From: Octopus sinensis | Taxonomy: Eukaryota | NCBI RefSeq assembly: GCF_006345805.1 | Contig: NC_042997.1 | Coordinates: 204,538,001 to 204,602,000, forward strand | Direction of reading: 5' to 3' | DNA length: 64,000 nt | Shown: positions 12,145-25,450 of the stretch, piece after piece | Numbering within the stretch: position 1 is the first letter of the stretch | How the letters are laid out: each line of letters opens with the position of its first letter | Made by a program: the position numbers and the translations under genes | The notes under the pieces: generated by a model | The model's input: the letters and a program-made list of their open reading frames with translations, nothing else | What the model was told of the DNA's origin: nothing | The model's database searches: none

Positions 12145-12990
12145 AAATGATAAACTTCTGGAAAGTTTCACAGACTTTTACAGTTCCAGTGATGGATTTG
12201 ATCTGAAGTCTTTGAATCAGCTTTCTCCTTTCGGGTTTTGAGAAGCTTAATTTCTCAAGATTGGTACTTAGCCAGCATGTTACATATTCCAGTGCCTCAT
12301 TAATTACAGGTGTAAACTTGAACTTGTAATGTGAGTAGAGAAACTGTTTATTTCTCAGTAGTTCAATGTAGGTATTTTCTTTTTCACCGATCTTTTGGCT
12401 GATTTCTATTACTGTACACAGTTTCTCTTCTTTGTCCCAAATCCCTATGTCAAGTTTATTATGTTTAAATTTTATTGAAGTTTTCCCTGGGACATTTCAC
12501 CAGTACTCCTTTTCGTTATGAGTGGTTATGGCTTCTACCATACTGTGGGTTCTTATTTCTTTGTCCTTCGGGTTATCATTCTGATGGATTTTATTATAAG
12601 GTATCCTAGCTACAACATCATGTCTCATTGGTAGGTAATTCCATGATGACAGTTTCAGACAACTACTTACAATGTGGGTGATACCTTCGATGTTAACTCC
12701 ACATCCTTGGATGGAATTTATGAACATTTACTGCACCACTATGCATGTTTCCTCAAATCACAAGTCTCTTAAGATCACAGACCATATTTCTGGGATGATC
12801 ACAGAGTAGTCCATAATATCCGTGGGCACCGGGTTGATCACCATCATCGATTCTTTTCTTCAGGCGATATAACATTAGTGGATGTACAACAGAGGGATGT
12901 TTATCACTTTTTACCAGTATGAAGGTTAAGTGAGTTATGTGGGTATGAGGATATTCAGCCTGATGCTACAGACTACACTGTAATCATCCC
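12145..12990 (-). mobile_element. R4-like (restriction-like endonuclease) LINE 3' fragment
   Basis: ITHIVSSC..RHDVVA (zinc-knuckle region) and C-terminus LEKLSFS..RKLIQRLQIKSITGTVKVCETFQKF*, homologous to 45453-45660. Confidence 0.75.
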
Positions 12991-13097
12991 ACGATCATGG
13001 ACTGTGATCTTAAGAGTCATGTGATTTGTGGAAATGCATGTAGTGATGCATTAAATGTTTATAAATTCCATCCAAGGATTATTGTTATTATATATAT

Positions 13098-13430
13098 ATC
13101 ATCATCATCATCATCGTCGTTAGTCCGTTCTCCTGCTAGCATGGGTTGGACGGTTCGACCGGGGTCTGGGAAGCCAGAAGGCTGCACCAGCTCCAGTCTA
13201 ATTTGGCAATGTTTCTACAGCTGGATGCCCTTCCTAACGCCAACCACTCGTGAGTGTAGTGGGTGCTTTTTACGTGCCACCTACAGGTGCCAGCGGGGCT
13301 GGACAACGGCCACGGTCAGATTGGTGTATTTTAATGTCCACCGGCACAGGAAGCCAGTCGAGGCGGTGCTGGCATCGGCCACGGTCGGATAGTGCTTTTT
13401 ACGTACCACCAGACCAGGATCTGGCTGGTT
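13098..13430 (-). mobile_element. SINE-A copy with 2-3 subrepeats
   Basis: Tail and about 60-bp GTGCTTTTTACGTGCCACC.. units. Confidence 0.9.
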
Positions 13431-13459
13431 CAATCGATTATATATATATATATATTTAG

Positions 13460-13585
13460 CCAGACTATAATATTTCTTTACTACCCACAGGAGCTAAACA
13501 TAGAGGGGATAAACAAGGACAGACAATGGATTAAGTCGATTACATCGACTCCAGTGCGAAACTGGTACTTATTATCGACCCCAGA
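13460..13585 (-). mobile_element. SINE-M (Meta-domain-like) 3' part
   Basis: GGATTAAGTCGATTACATCGAC.CCAGTGCGAAACTGGTACTT, shared with 34500, 45052 and 63240. Confidence 0.8.
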
Positions 13586-13588
13586 GAC

Positions 13589-13635
<47 letters not shown>

Positions 13636-13834
13636 TATATATATATACACACACACACAGATATATATATATATATATATATATATGAGTGTGTGTGTGT
13701 GTGTGTGGTGAGAATTTACAAAAAAAAAAAACAGACAAAGTTTAATGCTCAGGAAGCAAGAAAGTCTTATTTATATTACAATATTATATTAAATACTATG
13801 AATATAATATATAACATAACATAATATCATATAA

Positions 13835-14080
13835 AGACCCCCTTCGGTCATGAATGACCATGGGATTGCACCTAGAAAGTTACCCTCCTAGACACAAGTC
13901 CGGGCAAGGTTGTTTATGGAAGACCAGCAGTCGCCCATGCATGCCAGCCTCCCCTCTCCACGCCACCAGTGTTATCCAAAGGAAAGACAAAGATCGATAC
14001 AGTTTGGCACCAGTGACGTCGCAACTCATTTCTACAGCTGAGTGAACTGGAGCAACGTGAAATAAAGTGCTTTGCTCAAG
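13835..14080 (-). mobile_element. CORE-type SINE family C1
   Basis: Reverse complement of the 32491-32828 body, including TTGAGCAA..CACTTTATTTCACGTTGCTCCAGTTCACTCAGCTGTAGAAAT. Confidence 0.85.
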
Positions 14081-14789
14081 ATCATATAAATAATTATAAA
14101 ATCCATAAAAGGCCAACAAATTGTTTCAGCTTATATTTTTTCTGATATACACAATCACAGTTCCAATATATATATATAGTCAATTCAGGGTCTTTGGTTG
14201 AGAAAAGATGAAATTCCGCGTGAAAGGATGGCTGGATTGTAAAAATTAATTCAAATGTCTGTGTATGAGCATGAGCGTTAACTATTCAATCATTCATCGA
14301 TTACAATTAAAAAACAAAACTTTAACGAACAATACAATCAAGGTAGTGCAATCCACAACCATCGAAATTCACTCCATTATGTCTCAAACACATACCAATT
14401 GAAACCCTTTCATGTCCGAGATAGTCACTTGTCACCACAACATAGAACAACAAAATATATGTGTATATAGATGTATATAATTAAGTATCTAAGTCTTCTC
14501 CTACGTATAACAGCAACAAAAAATATATAAACAATTACATCTTCAACACAACAGCTCTTTTATCTATTTGAATTAGTTGGTATAAAAAAAAATTAATTAT
14601 TGTTTAAATTAACTAATAATAATCTTCTATATTTATTATTTTCTCAGAGGGATAATTCAGAAGTAGATATGAATAGAAACCTGATGAAAATTTCTCTCTT
14701 TGTTTACGTAATCTATTGCAGGAAGAATTCCGTAATTATTGCTAATATGAACTTAAGACTGTATATGTGATAACCAAAATACCCCATAT

Positions 14790-14932
14790 CATCATCATCA
14801 TTATCGTTTAACGTCAGCTTTCCATGGTGGCATGGGTTGGACGATTTGACAGAGGACTGGTGAGCCAGAGGATGCACCAGGCTCAATCTGATCTGGTAAA
14901 GTTTCCACAGCTGGATGCCCTTCCTAACGCCA
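14790..14932 (-). mobile_element. SINE-A tail
   Basis: CGTTTAACGTC.GCTTTCCATG..GCTGGATGCCCTTCCTAACGCC. Confidence 0.85.
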
Positions 14933-16498
14933 GTATATATATAAAATACAAAAATAGGACAAGAATGCAAAACATACAGACAGACAATGTAAAGAAAACA
15001 AGGACTGGTCATTCAGAGTTTTCTTTCCTCAGTTGAGTTCCAGATTATCTTTGCAATTTCGGCTGGTTATACTCGAGATTGCTCCAATATATATTAGGCT
15101 ACAGCACTGGAAATCAAATTTACTAATTTTTTAGGGGTAACCAGATTTGAAGTTACTTAAATAATGATTGTTATTCGCACACCATGGAAGGGAGAATTTA
15201 GTGAATCATATTATGTTATATATTCATAGTATTTAATGTAATATTGTGATATAAATAAATTATTGGATTGTCAATAGAGTATCTCTATATTTAATTTATG
15301 TTTATAATTGAATTATACCAATATTTATATGGCATCTGACTGACATACCAGTGATTGGATATTTAACACATCCCTTTGAAGGATTTCTTTTCCTCAGTTT
15401 GTTACTTTATATATATATTTATATATGTATACATATAATGTATGTACATACAAACACATGTTCAGGCATACACACACACTCCACCCAGTTAGTAACTTTA
15501 CCCATGATATTAGTTGCATAAGAGAAGTGAAACTTAAGGGTTCACTGAAAAAGCTCATCATGATTTTGACCCTCCACCAAAATATCTCTTTTTCTACCTC
15601 AAAACGGGATGCTTTGATCTCAAATAATGGCAAAATAATATCTCTTGAAAAGCGAAAGTTGGGGGTGAGACACTATAAAGTAATACATATCATAAATATT
15701 AAAAGAACAATATTAGCAACAGAACAACAGTTGGAACTTAATCTGAAAATGTTACTGGGAGGCAGCCAAAAAGGAGTGCAGCATTTCTGATAGAAATTTT
15801 TGCTTTATTTATCATCATCATAATTATCATTTATTGTTCACTTTTTCATGCATGAGTCAGATGACATTTGTTGTGAGTGATTTTCTATGGCAGGATGCCC
15901 TTCCTGTCACCAACATTTATCTATTTCCAAGCAGTGGTAATATTTCCCCATGACCAGATGTATTTTTTCATGAAAGACTGGAAATTAACAACATTGCTTG
16001 TATGACAGTGATGCCATTTACAACCATCTCATGATGTCGAGACAAGGGTGCATACACACGCACACATACACACATATACACATACAAATTATTCTGTTCT
16101 GTGGTATACTGATATTTGCTCTTAGGCAACATGGTGCAATGTTGCGTTTTACCCTATCTTCTTGATGTTGCACTTCATACATACCTGCCTTTACTTTGTT
16201 ACAATGTAACAAAACCTCTCAATGAATTTATCCTAGCGTTATTGTATAATCCATTCATTGAGCATTCATTTTCATTGTTCAGCATTTATGTATATATGAG
16301 TTAAAAAAATAAAATAAGAACAGTAATAAATGAATGAAGAAAAAATATATAGTGTATGTGTTTATTTGGCTAAAACAAAAAATGACCACCCTGAAATACA
16401 ACAATATCTGTTCCAACACATGATTTCACATCAGGAATCTTGCAACACGAATTGATAAACGCATGTATGTATGTATGTATGTATGTATATATATATAC

Positions 16499-16673
16499 TC
16501 AAAATAAGCAACAAGGATATCCAAGGTAGTGTAGTACAATCGTTTCATGCTACTTCATTTAATTAAACAATGTAAGTATTACATCAGTTGTAATACTTAC
16601 ATTGTTTAATTAAATGAAGTAGTATGAAACGATTGTACTACACTACCTTGGATATCCTTGTTGCTTATTTTGA
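16499..16673. repeat. Near-perfect 85-bp-arm palindrome, probably a PLE terminal-repeat fold-back
   Basis: Arms 16499-16583 and 16589-16673 with 1 mismatch, loop TCAGT. The minus strand reads CTGATGT...GAAACG (degenerate hammerhead core). Confidence 0.9.
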
Positions 16674-17138
16674 TTATAATCACCCCATTTGATTTATATG
16701 GATAATACCATACCAAATTCTGGTGCCTTTAGCTTAAGAACCATATTCATCTGAATCTAAATTTTGCTGAACTTATATATATATATATATATAGAGTCAG
16801 GGTACAATATGTACCTGTGTGTTTGAAAGAAGAGTTAAAACTCTCCAAAACCATGTATCTCTCACTATATGTAAACTCATAGGGAGAATGTAGCAAATCC
16901 ATTTAGAAAAACGGTCATCCCAATTTATAAAAGTACAAAGAGAAGGGTAGATATCCCAGTATCAATTGATTTTGCTGTCTGTGCCGAACTGATACTTAAA
17001 GCCCATCAGCTAGGTTTACTATGTAAGCTATTTTAAAAATATATTTACCTATGTGTGTGCATCTGTTCAGCTAAAGGCCCTTTGACTTCCAAATGAACAT
17101 TAGCAAGCAAGTATAAATCAAAAGCCAAATAAATTTTT

Positions 17139-17743
17139 CAAGAAGGCCGAGGGTGTCTTGGCATCACTCAGCAAGACTTTTGTTAGCCGCTCTCCAGCCA
17201 TCTATTTAAAACTGTATACAGCTATGGTACGACCACACTTGGAATTCGCATCATCAGTTTGGAATCCCTATCTTGCTCAGAACATTGACCTCCTGGAATC
17301 TGTCCAGAGACGGGCAACCAAACGCATACCCTCCATCAGACACCTACCATATTCTGAGCGCCTTGTTTCCCTGGGCATGGATTCACTGAAGCTCCGGCGT
17401 CTGGCGACGGACTTGGTAAACGCCCACAAAGTTATCAACCACCTCACCAACAACAACACTGAACACCTTTTTGATCTCCATGTATCTAACACACGTGGAC
17501 ATGCCTACAAAGTCAGAAAACAACACAGCTCCCATGACTTTCGGAAACATTTTTTCACGCTCAGAGTTGCTGAAGCATGGAATAAACTGCCTGCGTCAGT
17601 TGTTGACTGCCATGACACTGCATCCTTTAAGGCCCTCATGCTTTCCGAAATCCGCCGAAACTACACCTGATTATATATACACTTTAGATGAGTTGTAGTG
17701 CCCCTGAGCACTGTACACAATTATTATTATTATTATTATTATT
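17139..17743 (+). mobile_element. 5'-truncated, young CR1/L2-group LINE
   Basis: Uninterrupted frame with MVRPHLEFASSVWNPY..LESVQRRATK..TRGHAYK..RKHFFTLRVAEAWNKLP, then a 3'UTR and (ATT)n tail. Confidence 0.92.
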
Positions 17744-17840
17744 TATAAATGTATTTGCTACATTCTCTGTGTGTGTTTACATATAGTGAGTGATGTGTGG
17801 TTTTGGAGCATTTTAACTCTTCTTTCTAGCAAACAGGTGC

Positions 17841-17898
<58 letters not shown>

Positions 17899-18261
17899 TG
17901 TAAAAAACATAAATCCGAAAGAAGAAGCACACTCTAAGATATAGAGCAGTATATATCAAAAATAGGGAAGGCTTTTAGGATACAACAATATACCTTAAAG
18001 CTAAACCCTTTATGGACAGGAAACCTAAGGTAATCCCATAAACCAGCCTGCCTCATTCTTAATATCATCATCATTATTATCATCATCATTTAATGTCTGC
18101 TTTCCATGTTGGCTTGGGTTGGACGGTTTCTATGCTGGCTTGGGTGGACTGCAGCAACATGAAATCAAGTGTTTTTGCTCAAGGACACAATGTGTCACTA
18201 AGATTTGAACTCATAACCTTACAATCGTGAGCCAAATATCCTAACCATTAAGCCACCTGTC

Positions 18262-18297
<36 letters not shown>

Positions 18298-18918
18298 TAT
18301 ATAGTTATATCTTGTCGCCATTGTTTTAACATCCATTCTTCCATGCTTGCATGGGTCAGTTTATCAAAGCAGATTTTCTATGGCCAGATGTCTTTCCTCT
18401 CACCAAACCTACCTGTTTCCATGCAAGGTAATATTTCCCCATGGCTAGACATGCTTTTGCAGGTTACTAGAAACGAATAACTCTACTCATTTGACAAGCA
18501 TACCTACTTGCATATCATACAAGCACTACCATTACTGACTCACCCCTTCTCTTCAAACCTGCTGGCCTTATACCTAAATTAAAGACAGTTATATGCTGAT
18601 GTACATGATCACAAATTTTGATAGTTGAAACATATTTTAAAGATATTCTTAAATCGTACTAATTTGCCCTTGAATTAAAAACAGCAATCCTCATTCTTTT
18701 ATCATGACGCATCTTATTTAATATCTAACATTACCTTTTTATTCCATCTTGTTTTTCTAAAAGCCTGAGAAAATACCAAAGAAGTAAGTTAGTTCCAGAT
18801 GGGAATATATCTAATTGTGTGGTTGGTATGTTGGTTTAGTCCATTAGAGATAGCAGGAAAGTTAGAGAAGGGAAGACACACCATATTGTTCTTTATTTTA
18901 CAAACAAATCTAAAGGCT

Positions 18919-18919
<1 letters not shown>

Positions 18920-18949
<30 letters not shown>

Positions 18950-19280
18950 GTTTAATGTCCGTTTTCCATGCTAGCATGGGTTGGACGGTTTGACCGGACT
19001 CTGGGAAGCCAGGAAGCTGCACCAGGTTCCACTCTGATCTGGCAATGTTTCTACAGCTGGATGCCCTTCCTAACGACAACCACTCTGTGAGAGTAGTGGG
19101 TGCTTTTTGCATGCCACCAGCACAGGTGCCAGAGGAGGCTGGCAACAGCCACGATCAGTTGGTGCTTTTTACGTGCCACCGGCATGGAAGCCAGTCAAGG
19201 CGGCGCTGGCATCGGCCATGTTTGGGTAGTGCTTTTTACATGCCACTGGCACAGGTATCACAACTACAATTTCCATCTAA
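18920..19280 (-). mobile_element. SINE-A copy with subrepeats
   Basis: Same tail and units as other SINE-A copies. Confidence 0.9.
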
Positions 19281-19544
19281 GTTAAAAATCAATAAGGAGA
19301 AATGCATGAATGTCTCCTAATCCCAGCCCCACTAGTCTAAAAATATATTTAGCCTTAGAGTTGATCTCAGGCTGAACAACAACAACAATACTTTGTCATA
19401 CTTCAACAAAGACGGAAATATTGTCCTATCTCTCACTTTATTAACCCAAGCTTATGAAGAAGTTTCTTTGATATTACTAAAAATAGCAGCTAACTTTCCT
19501 TAAAACCACATCCTATCCTGCCCCTGCTCATTCTAATTCATGTT

Positions 19545-20135
19545 ACTGAGAGCTGGGGACCATGGGCACATGCACCATCTCTTGCCATTGATTCCTGCCT
19601 CTGTTTATGGTTGTGTATTCAGCTTAAGTTCATGTCCATTCTTTAATGTCATCCATCCAACATCTTTTTGGTATCTCTCTTTGTTTCCCATTGACTTTTC
19701 TCTTTAGGATGTGGATGCCGAAGTTCTGGGCCCTGCAGCTTCCACTTCCTAAGAGATGTCAAAAATTCACTTTCTATTCCTATTTCTTCAAGAATTGACT
19801 CATTTGTTCAATGGTTAACCCAGCTGATCCTAAGCACTCTTTAGTAGCACATTGTTCCAAAAGCTTTGAGTTTTGCAGTGTTGTTTGCTTTTAGGGTCAT
19901 GCTTACACATTTATAGAGTGCAACAGACCAACATTGTATCTTCAGAAATTTTCAATTTAATGTTCTTGTTAAGAGTTCTGTCTTTCCAAAATGTATCAAA
20001 TGATTTTAAGACTGATTTTGCAGCCTCAAATTGTGCTCTTATTTCATAGCCTTCATCTCCCGATTGTTCTATGATAGCATCCAGATATTTGAACCTGGTG
20101 ATCTGTCCCAAAGTTACACCTTGGCGTTAGACATT
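19545..20135 (-). mobile_element. Degenerate RTE-clade LINE 3' fragment
   Basis: RFKYLDAII..GDEGYEIRAQFEAAKS..WKDRTL..KLK; homologous to 59390-59870. Confidence 0.8.
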
Positions 20136-20480
20136 GAGTTGCTCTGGCATTTTTAATCACTGCTATGACACATCCTAGCAACTTAATAAAGGGACACATT
20201 AAATAATCTAATGTTTTTTTTTTATTACCCTGTCTTTTATTCAGGAAGAAAGGGCAATGCTCATAACTTTTTACAGGGATTCTAAGGCTTTGTAGGGCGG
20301 AAGAAAGGAAACCTGGTCCGAGAATATTTGCCACGAAGTGGACTCTTTTGAAGGCACTCAAAAACCAGATGGTGTGAAAATGGGTGATGGATTAAGTCCA
20401 TGTATTTTCTGATAAAAACAAACAATTCATGATGTGAATATCTTTGATCATAGTTCTTGATCTGAGTTGACCTGGCATTA
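20110..20480 (-). mobile_element. Probable Penelope-like ORF remnant
   Basis: Frameshifted AT-rich coding remnant ending in CVIAVIKNA..TQCLTP, resembling the linker before the PLE GIY-YIG domain. Weak evidence. Confidence 0.4.
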
Positions 20481-20486
20481 AACAAC

Positions 20487-20498
20487 TACTACTACAAC

Positions 20499-20534
<36 letters not shown>

Positions 20535-20588
20535 CACCACCACCACCACCACCACTACTACTACTACTACTACTGCTACTACTACTAT
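20487..20588. repeat. Compound (CTA)n(CCA)n(CTA)n triplet repeat
   Basis: Direct reading. Confidence 0.95.
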
Positions 20589-20654
20589 TTGGTAAAGTAC
20601 AAACCACAAAATTCCTCTGTTAAGACAGGAGAATGAAGTTTTTTAATCATATAA

Positions 20655-20906
20655 CACAACACAATTACGTCTTACTTCAAGTGAATTTGGTCACACACGG
20701 AAAAACTCTAAAAAAAACACAGAAGAGATGGTGAAGGATGGGAAGTTAAGCTGCATCAGGGAAAAGGCAGGAAAGAAGAGATCAGAAAGCTTAAGGTTTG
20801 ATATGACCAAGAAAGAAGGAAGAAAGAGGTTATTTTGTTGTTGCTATGCACAGATGATGTGTATAGGTCATGGACTTAAGGTTAAACTTCATTCTGAAAA
20901 TAATTC
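20655..20906 (+). mobile_element. Fragment of the same PLE family as 21675-22480, in opposite orientation
   Basis: Reverse-complement match to 21997-22258. Confidence 0.8.
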
Positions 20907-21040
20907 TATGATATTTTCCCAGCCTTTGTTGTTCTTACTATCATTCTAAAGAAATGTAAGCAACACGTGATCTAACAATGGTATTAGCTTAAATACAACA
21001 ATAAAACGAACTAACGTAAGAACTTTTGCACAGAATTCTT

Positions 21041-21088
<48 letters not shown>

Positions 21089-21674
21089 ATGTATTCTTCT
21101 CTCAAGTTGTTCTGACACTGTTGCTATAGTTACTGTCTAGAAGGAAATAAAAAGTTTTATAGCCAAGAACCATTCTTTGAAACTGATGTTTGCAAAGTTA
21201 TAGCTCACAATAACTTACTCGCAGAAAAATATGTTTACTACATATACACACACATGCGTGCCCACACACACACACGCTCAAGCTGTTTTTTTTCTTCCTT
21301 GACACAAGAGAAATTCTAAATATTTAGATAAAAACAGCAACTGTTGTTGTTGTTGTTGCTGCTACTGCTGTTGTTGTTGTAGCTATTGTTGTTTAACCCT
21401 AATTCAGTCCTGATCCAGTTGACGACATGTGGTCAAATATGCTCCAGTTGTGACTACTGCCTCTTTAGTTTCGGACAACATTATTCAGTGTGTGGAAGCA
21501 CATAGGCCAAGTGGTTAGGGTGTCTGGTTCATGATTGCAAACTCTTGAGTTCCATTCCTGGACCAGGAAGCTCATTGTATCTTTAAGCAAGGCACTTCAT
21601 TTTTACATTGCTCTAGTTCATTCAGCTGAATATAAACACCAGCCGAGTATTGGAGAAACTCTCTCTCTCTCTCT

Positions 21675-22480
21675 CTAGCTGTCACATTCTGGAGGTTCCA
21701 TTGGATCAATGTTTGGGAGAGTCAGGATGGTGCCTTTGTGTGCAGTGACTACATAGGCACCTAAAACAATTTCTGAAAGCATGGTATATGTTACCAAGCC
21801 ATATGCATCTATGGGTGATGGCTGGTTCTTTATACTGCCTAAATTATGTACCTTTAGTACTGAGTCCAACCTTTCTTCAAAGAGCAACTATTACTACTTT
21901 CACTTCTAAAGTCCACTTTTCTTTATCAAGCCTAACAAACGATAAGCTCTTTGATACTCTAAGGCTGCAGAGCACCACTCCCCTTATGGTTCACAAGAAT
22001 TATTTCCAGAATGAGGTTTAACCTAAAGTCCATGACCTATACACACCATATGTGCATAGCAACAAAACAAAATAACCTCTTTCTTCCTTCTTTCCTGGTC
22101 ATATCAAACCTCAAGCTTTCTGCTCTCTTCTTTCCTGCCTTTTCCCTGATGCAACTCAACCTACCCCCGCATCCTTCATCATCTGCCTGTACTTCTTTTT
22201 CTGAGAGTTTTTCCATGTGTGATCGCTTTCACTTAAAGTAAGATGTAACTGTGTTGTGTCTGGGGAGAGTCATTTTCTTTTTGTGCCTTATTATTTAAAA
22301 CATTCACCGGTAAAATTTCCACTTTTTTCTTATTTTTATTGTCCTAAAATTTTCGTTGCGTTTTGCAACCTTTTCGATAATAATAAGGCACCCCCACCAC
22401 AAAAAAAAAAAAATGACTCTCCCCAGACACAACAGAATATGCTTCAACACACGAACTCATAAAGAATCTTGCAAACCAAA
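21675..22480 (-). mobile_element. Penelope-like element 5' region with inverted terminal-repeat segment and hammerhead-like remnant
   Basis: IR GTTGTGTCTGGGGAGAGTCATT / AATGACTCTCCCCAGACACAAC. Minus-strand TCGAAAAG-GTTGC-AAAAC-GCAAC-GAAA at 22377-22351. Confidence 0.55.
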
Positions 22481-23106
22481 TCCAATAACTGTGTTGTGTT
22501 ATAGATTAAAAAACTTCATTTTCCTATCTTTTGTCACTTGACAGGAATTTTGTGGTTTATACTTTAATTCATGCATCACCCAACCACATGACTAATCTGC
22601 TTCCCTCCACATTTCTATCCCATTCTGGGTCTGTGGCAAAGCTGTCCTTTCAATTACATGTGTAGCCGTTCCAATATTATGATGTAATCTAATGTAATCC
22701 ATAGGTACATATTCAACAAATGGCAAAGCTAGACTTTTCTGAATAACAATTTACCGAGGACTCATTGTGTTTATGAAAGACTTCACTTAGTGACCTTATC
22801 ACTTCTTAGCATCAGAGCCCATGCTGACTGAGCAGACCAACGATCAAAGACATTCCAGTTCAGCCTGTTTCATCTTTGAGGGGCTAACGCAGGCTGTTTT
22901 ATCTTATGTATCTTTTTCGTATTTAAGACCACAGAATGTGATTTCAGAGGGAGATTTATCTGCTATTTCTAGCTGATTAAGTAACAATGTATAGGCTCCC
23001 TTACTGAATCTGTTTATTAATATTAGAGTGAGATCAATGATGTATTCATTGACTGATTGATTCGTTACGCTAACTATTAGCAACATTATTGCTGTATGTG
23101 AAAGAG

Positions 23107-23114
<8 letters not shown>

Positions 23115-23137
<23 letters not shown>

Positions 23138-23153
23138 TAACATACAGACATAC

Positions 23154-23220
<67 letters not shown>

Positions 23221-23330
23221 CAGATAGATAGATAGATAGATAGATAGATGGCTGGAGGGAGGGATTGATGAATGCATAGATAGATAGACAGACAGGCAGA
23301 TAGATAGATAGATAAATAGATAGATAGTGA
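23115..23330. repeat. (GA)n/(AGAT)n microsatellite
   Basis: Direct reading. Confidence 0.95.
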
Positions 23331-23369
23331 AGGAGAAAGATAAAAAATGTGAATGAGAGGAAGGTGGAG

Positions 23370-23653
23370 CAGGGTTGCCAGATAAAGTTACAAGTGATAG
23401 ATTACACTACTTTGTAGCATTGTCCATTACTAATCTCCTTTTAAATGAGGGTTACCTGCTATTCTAAAATTATAATTTTTAAATGAAAAAGTCTTATCAA
23501 ATTACCAATTAAATTATCAATTAAACTTGAACAGGCAAATATTGTTTTTTTTTAAATTTATGAACAAAATGATCTTTTTTAGGTTAGTTATGTAATTTGC
23601 TACTACTTGAAAATGTTTAGCTACTTTTTATGAACCTAAACTAGTAACCCCTG
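23370..23653. mobile_element. Possible hAT-type MITE
   Basis: Imperfect TIRs CAGGGTTGCCAG and CTAGTAACCCCTG; no matching TSD. Confidence 0.4.
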
Positions 23654-24354
23654 GATTGGTAATTCTCTGAGTGATCTTACTGAGGATGGAAACTAAATGT
23701 GATTTTGTGTTAGCTGAAAAGTCTTTCATTGAAGCAACAACGTAATAGAAGTTAACGTTACAAGTGATGCAGGTGGTTGACCTTAACGGAGGTGAGTAAT
23801 TACTGCAACTTGATTCCTAACTGATGCAGAAATGGCTCTTTACTGAAATAAATAGCATTTTTATAGCAGGTTTCTCATGGTGTATCATGAATCTGTTTAT
23901 TATACAAAACGTTTTAAAACATTTTCTCCTTACCTCTGTACACCTTTCATTTTAGTTTTTGCCCACACACAAATACTCCAACAGCTTTCTCTGTTTCTTT
24001 CTCCCCCACCATCATCTCTCTTTCGCCCTCATTCTCTCTGTTCTCACATATATATATATATTACATGTACATGTGTGGGTGGGTGTGTGTATGCATGCAT
24101 ATATGTATACACCCCACCATTTATATTTATATAATAGTTACACATACATCTACAGAAACAATATCTGGATATATTGTCAGTGTCATATCCTGGAGTCAAT
24201 GAATATTTTGAGTCTTACAACATTCTCCCTCATCCAGGTGACCTGGTCTAGGTTGATCAACCCTGGTCCTGTGTCTGAGTGGCATTCTACTGATTCCATT
24301 GGTCAGCTCTTTTCAGCCCAAACTATCTCAATGCTTCATCTACAGTATCACTAT

Positions 24355-24918
24355 TGTTCTTGAAACCCAAATGCCTTCTTGGTCAGCCGAAAGCAGTTTT
24401 AGTACAAACTTGGCAGACATGCATCTCAAATCCAAATCTTCAGTGATAATGGACTGAACTGAACTATAACTAATCTGTGCAACCTCTGATAACTCACGGT
24501 TGGTGATTTGATAATTACTTCTCACAGCTGCATGCACATCTGCGATAATTTTCTCAGTTCTGTTGATTGCGGGTCTCCCAGAATGTTCATCAATATCGAC
24601 ATTTTTCAGCCATCTTTGAACCACTCATACATTTGTGTGTGGCTCATACCCTCCTCTCCAGACACTGTGTGCAACTTTGCATAGGACTCTGAGCAGGTAT
24701 CGCCATGACAACTTTCTCTGTCATGGTCAGTGCGATGATTACATGCTACACACCTTCCTACCAAGCTGTGCTGTAAACAGCAGAAGTGAGCTAGAATGTT
24801 AAAACTTAGTGCAGATGTACATGCACAGCAGAGTCCAAGGTCAATTTTTGCCAAGCGGCTTCACACTGTGTGTTTCATTACTATGACAACAGTCTGGATA
24901 CTAATTGATAAGACTTCG
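24355..24918 (-). mobile_element. mariner transposon 5' part (HTH region)
   Basis: TA + TIR CGAAGTCTTATCAATTAGTATCCAGAC; MSHTQMYEWF.., DEHSGRP and ITEDLDLRCMSAKFV.KLL. Confidence 0.85.
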
Positions 24919-25017
24919 TACAGGCAAAAATATCCTAATGAAGTTTAACCTGGATCTTGGTTAGAAACCGATTCTTTTTCTACTGGCAAGAAATCTTGAA
25001 ATATAACTAAATAATGA

Positions 25018-25260
25018 CATACATACATATATGCATGCATGCATGCATGCATGCATGCATGCATGTATGTATGTATGTATGTATGTATGTATGTATGTAT
25101 GTATGTATGTATGTATGTATGTATGTATGTATGTATGTATGTATGTATGTATGTATGTATGTATGTATGAATGTATGTATGTATGTATGTATGTATGTAT
25201 GTATGTATGTATGTATGTATGTATGCATGCATGCATGCATGTATATATGTATGTGTGTAT
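25018..25260. repeat. (ATGC)n/(ATGT)n microsatellite
   Basis: Direct reading. Confidence 0.95.
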
Positions 25261-25415
25261 GCATGTATATACATATACATACATGAGTAGAAGCGAAGGT
25301 GAGGGAGAGAGTGAGCAGGTGAGAGTGAGAAGCAGACAGACATAGATAGATAGATGCATATATATATACACATACATTTATCTGTCTGTCTGCTTTTATA
25401 TATATATGTACACAT

Positions 25416-25448
<33 letters not shown>

Positions 25449-25450
25449 CA

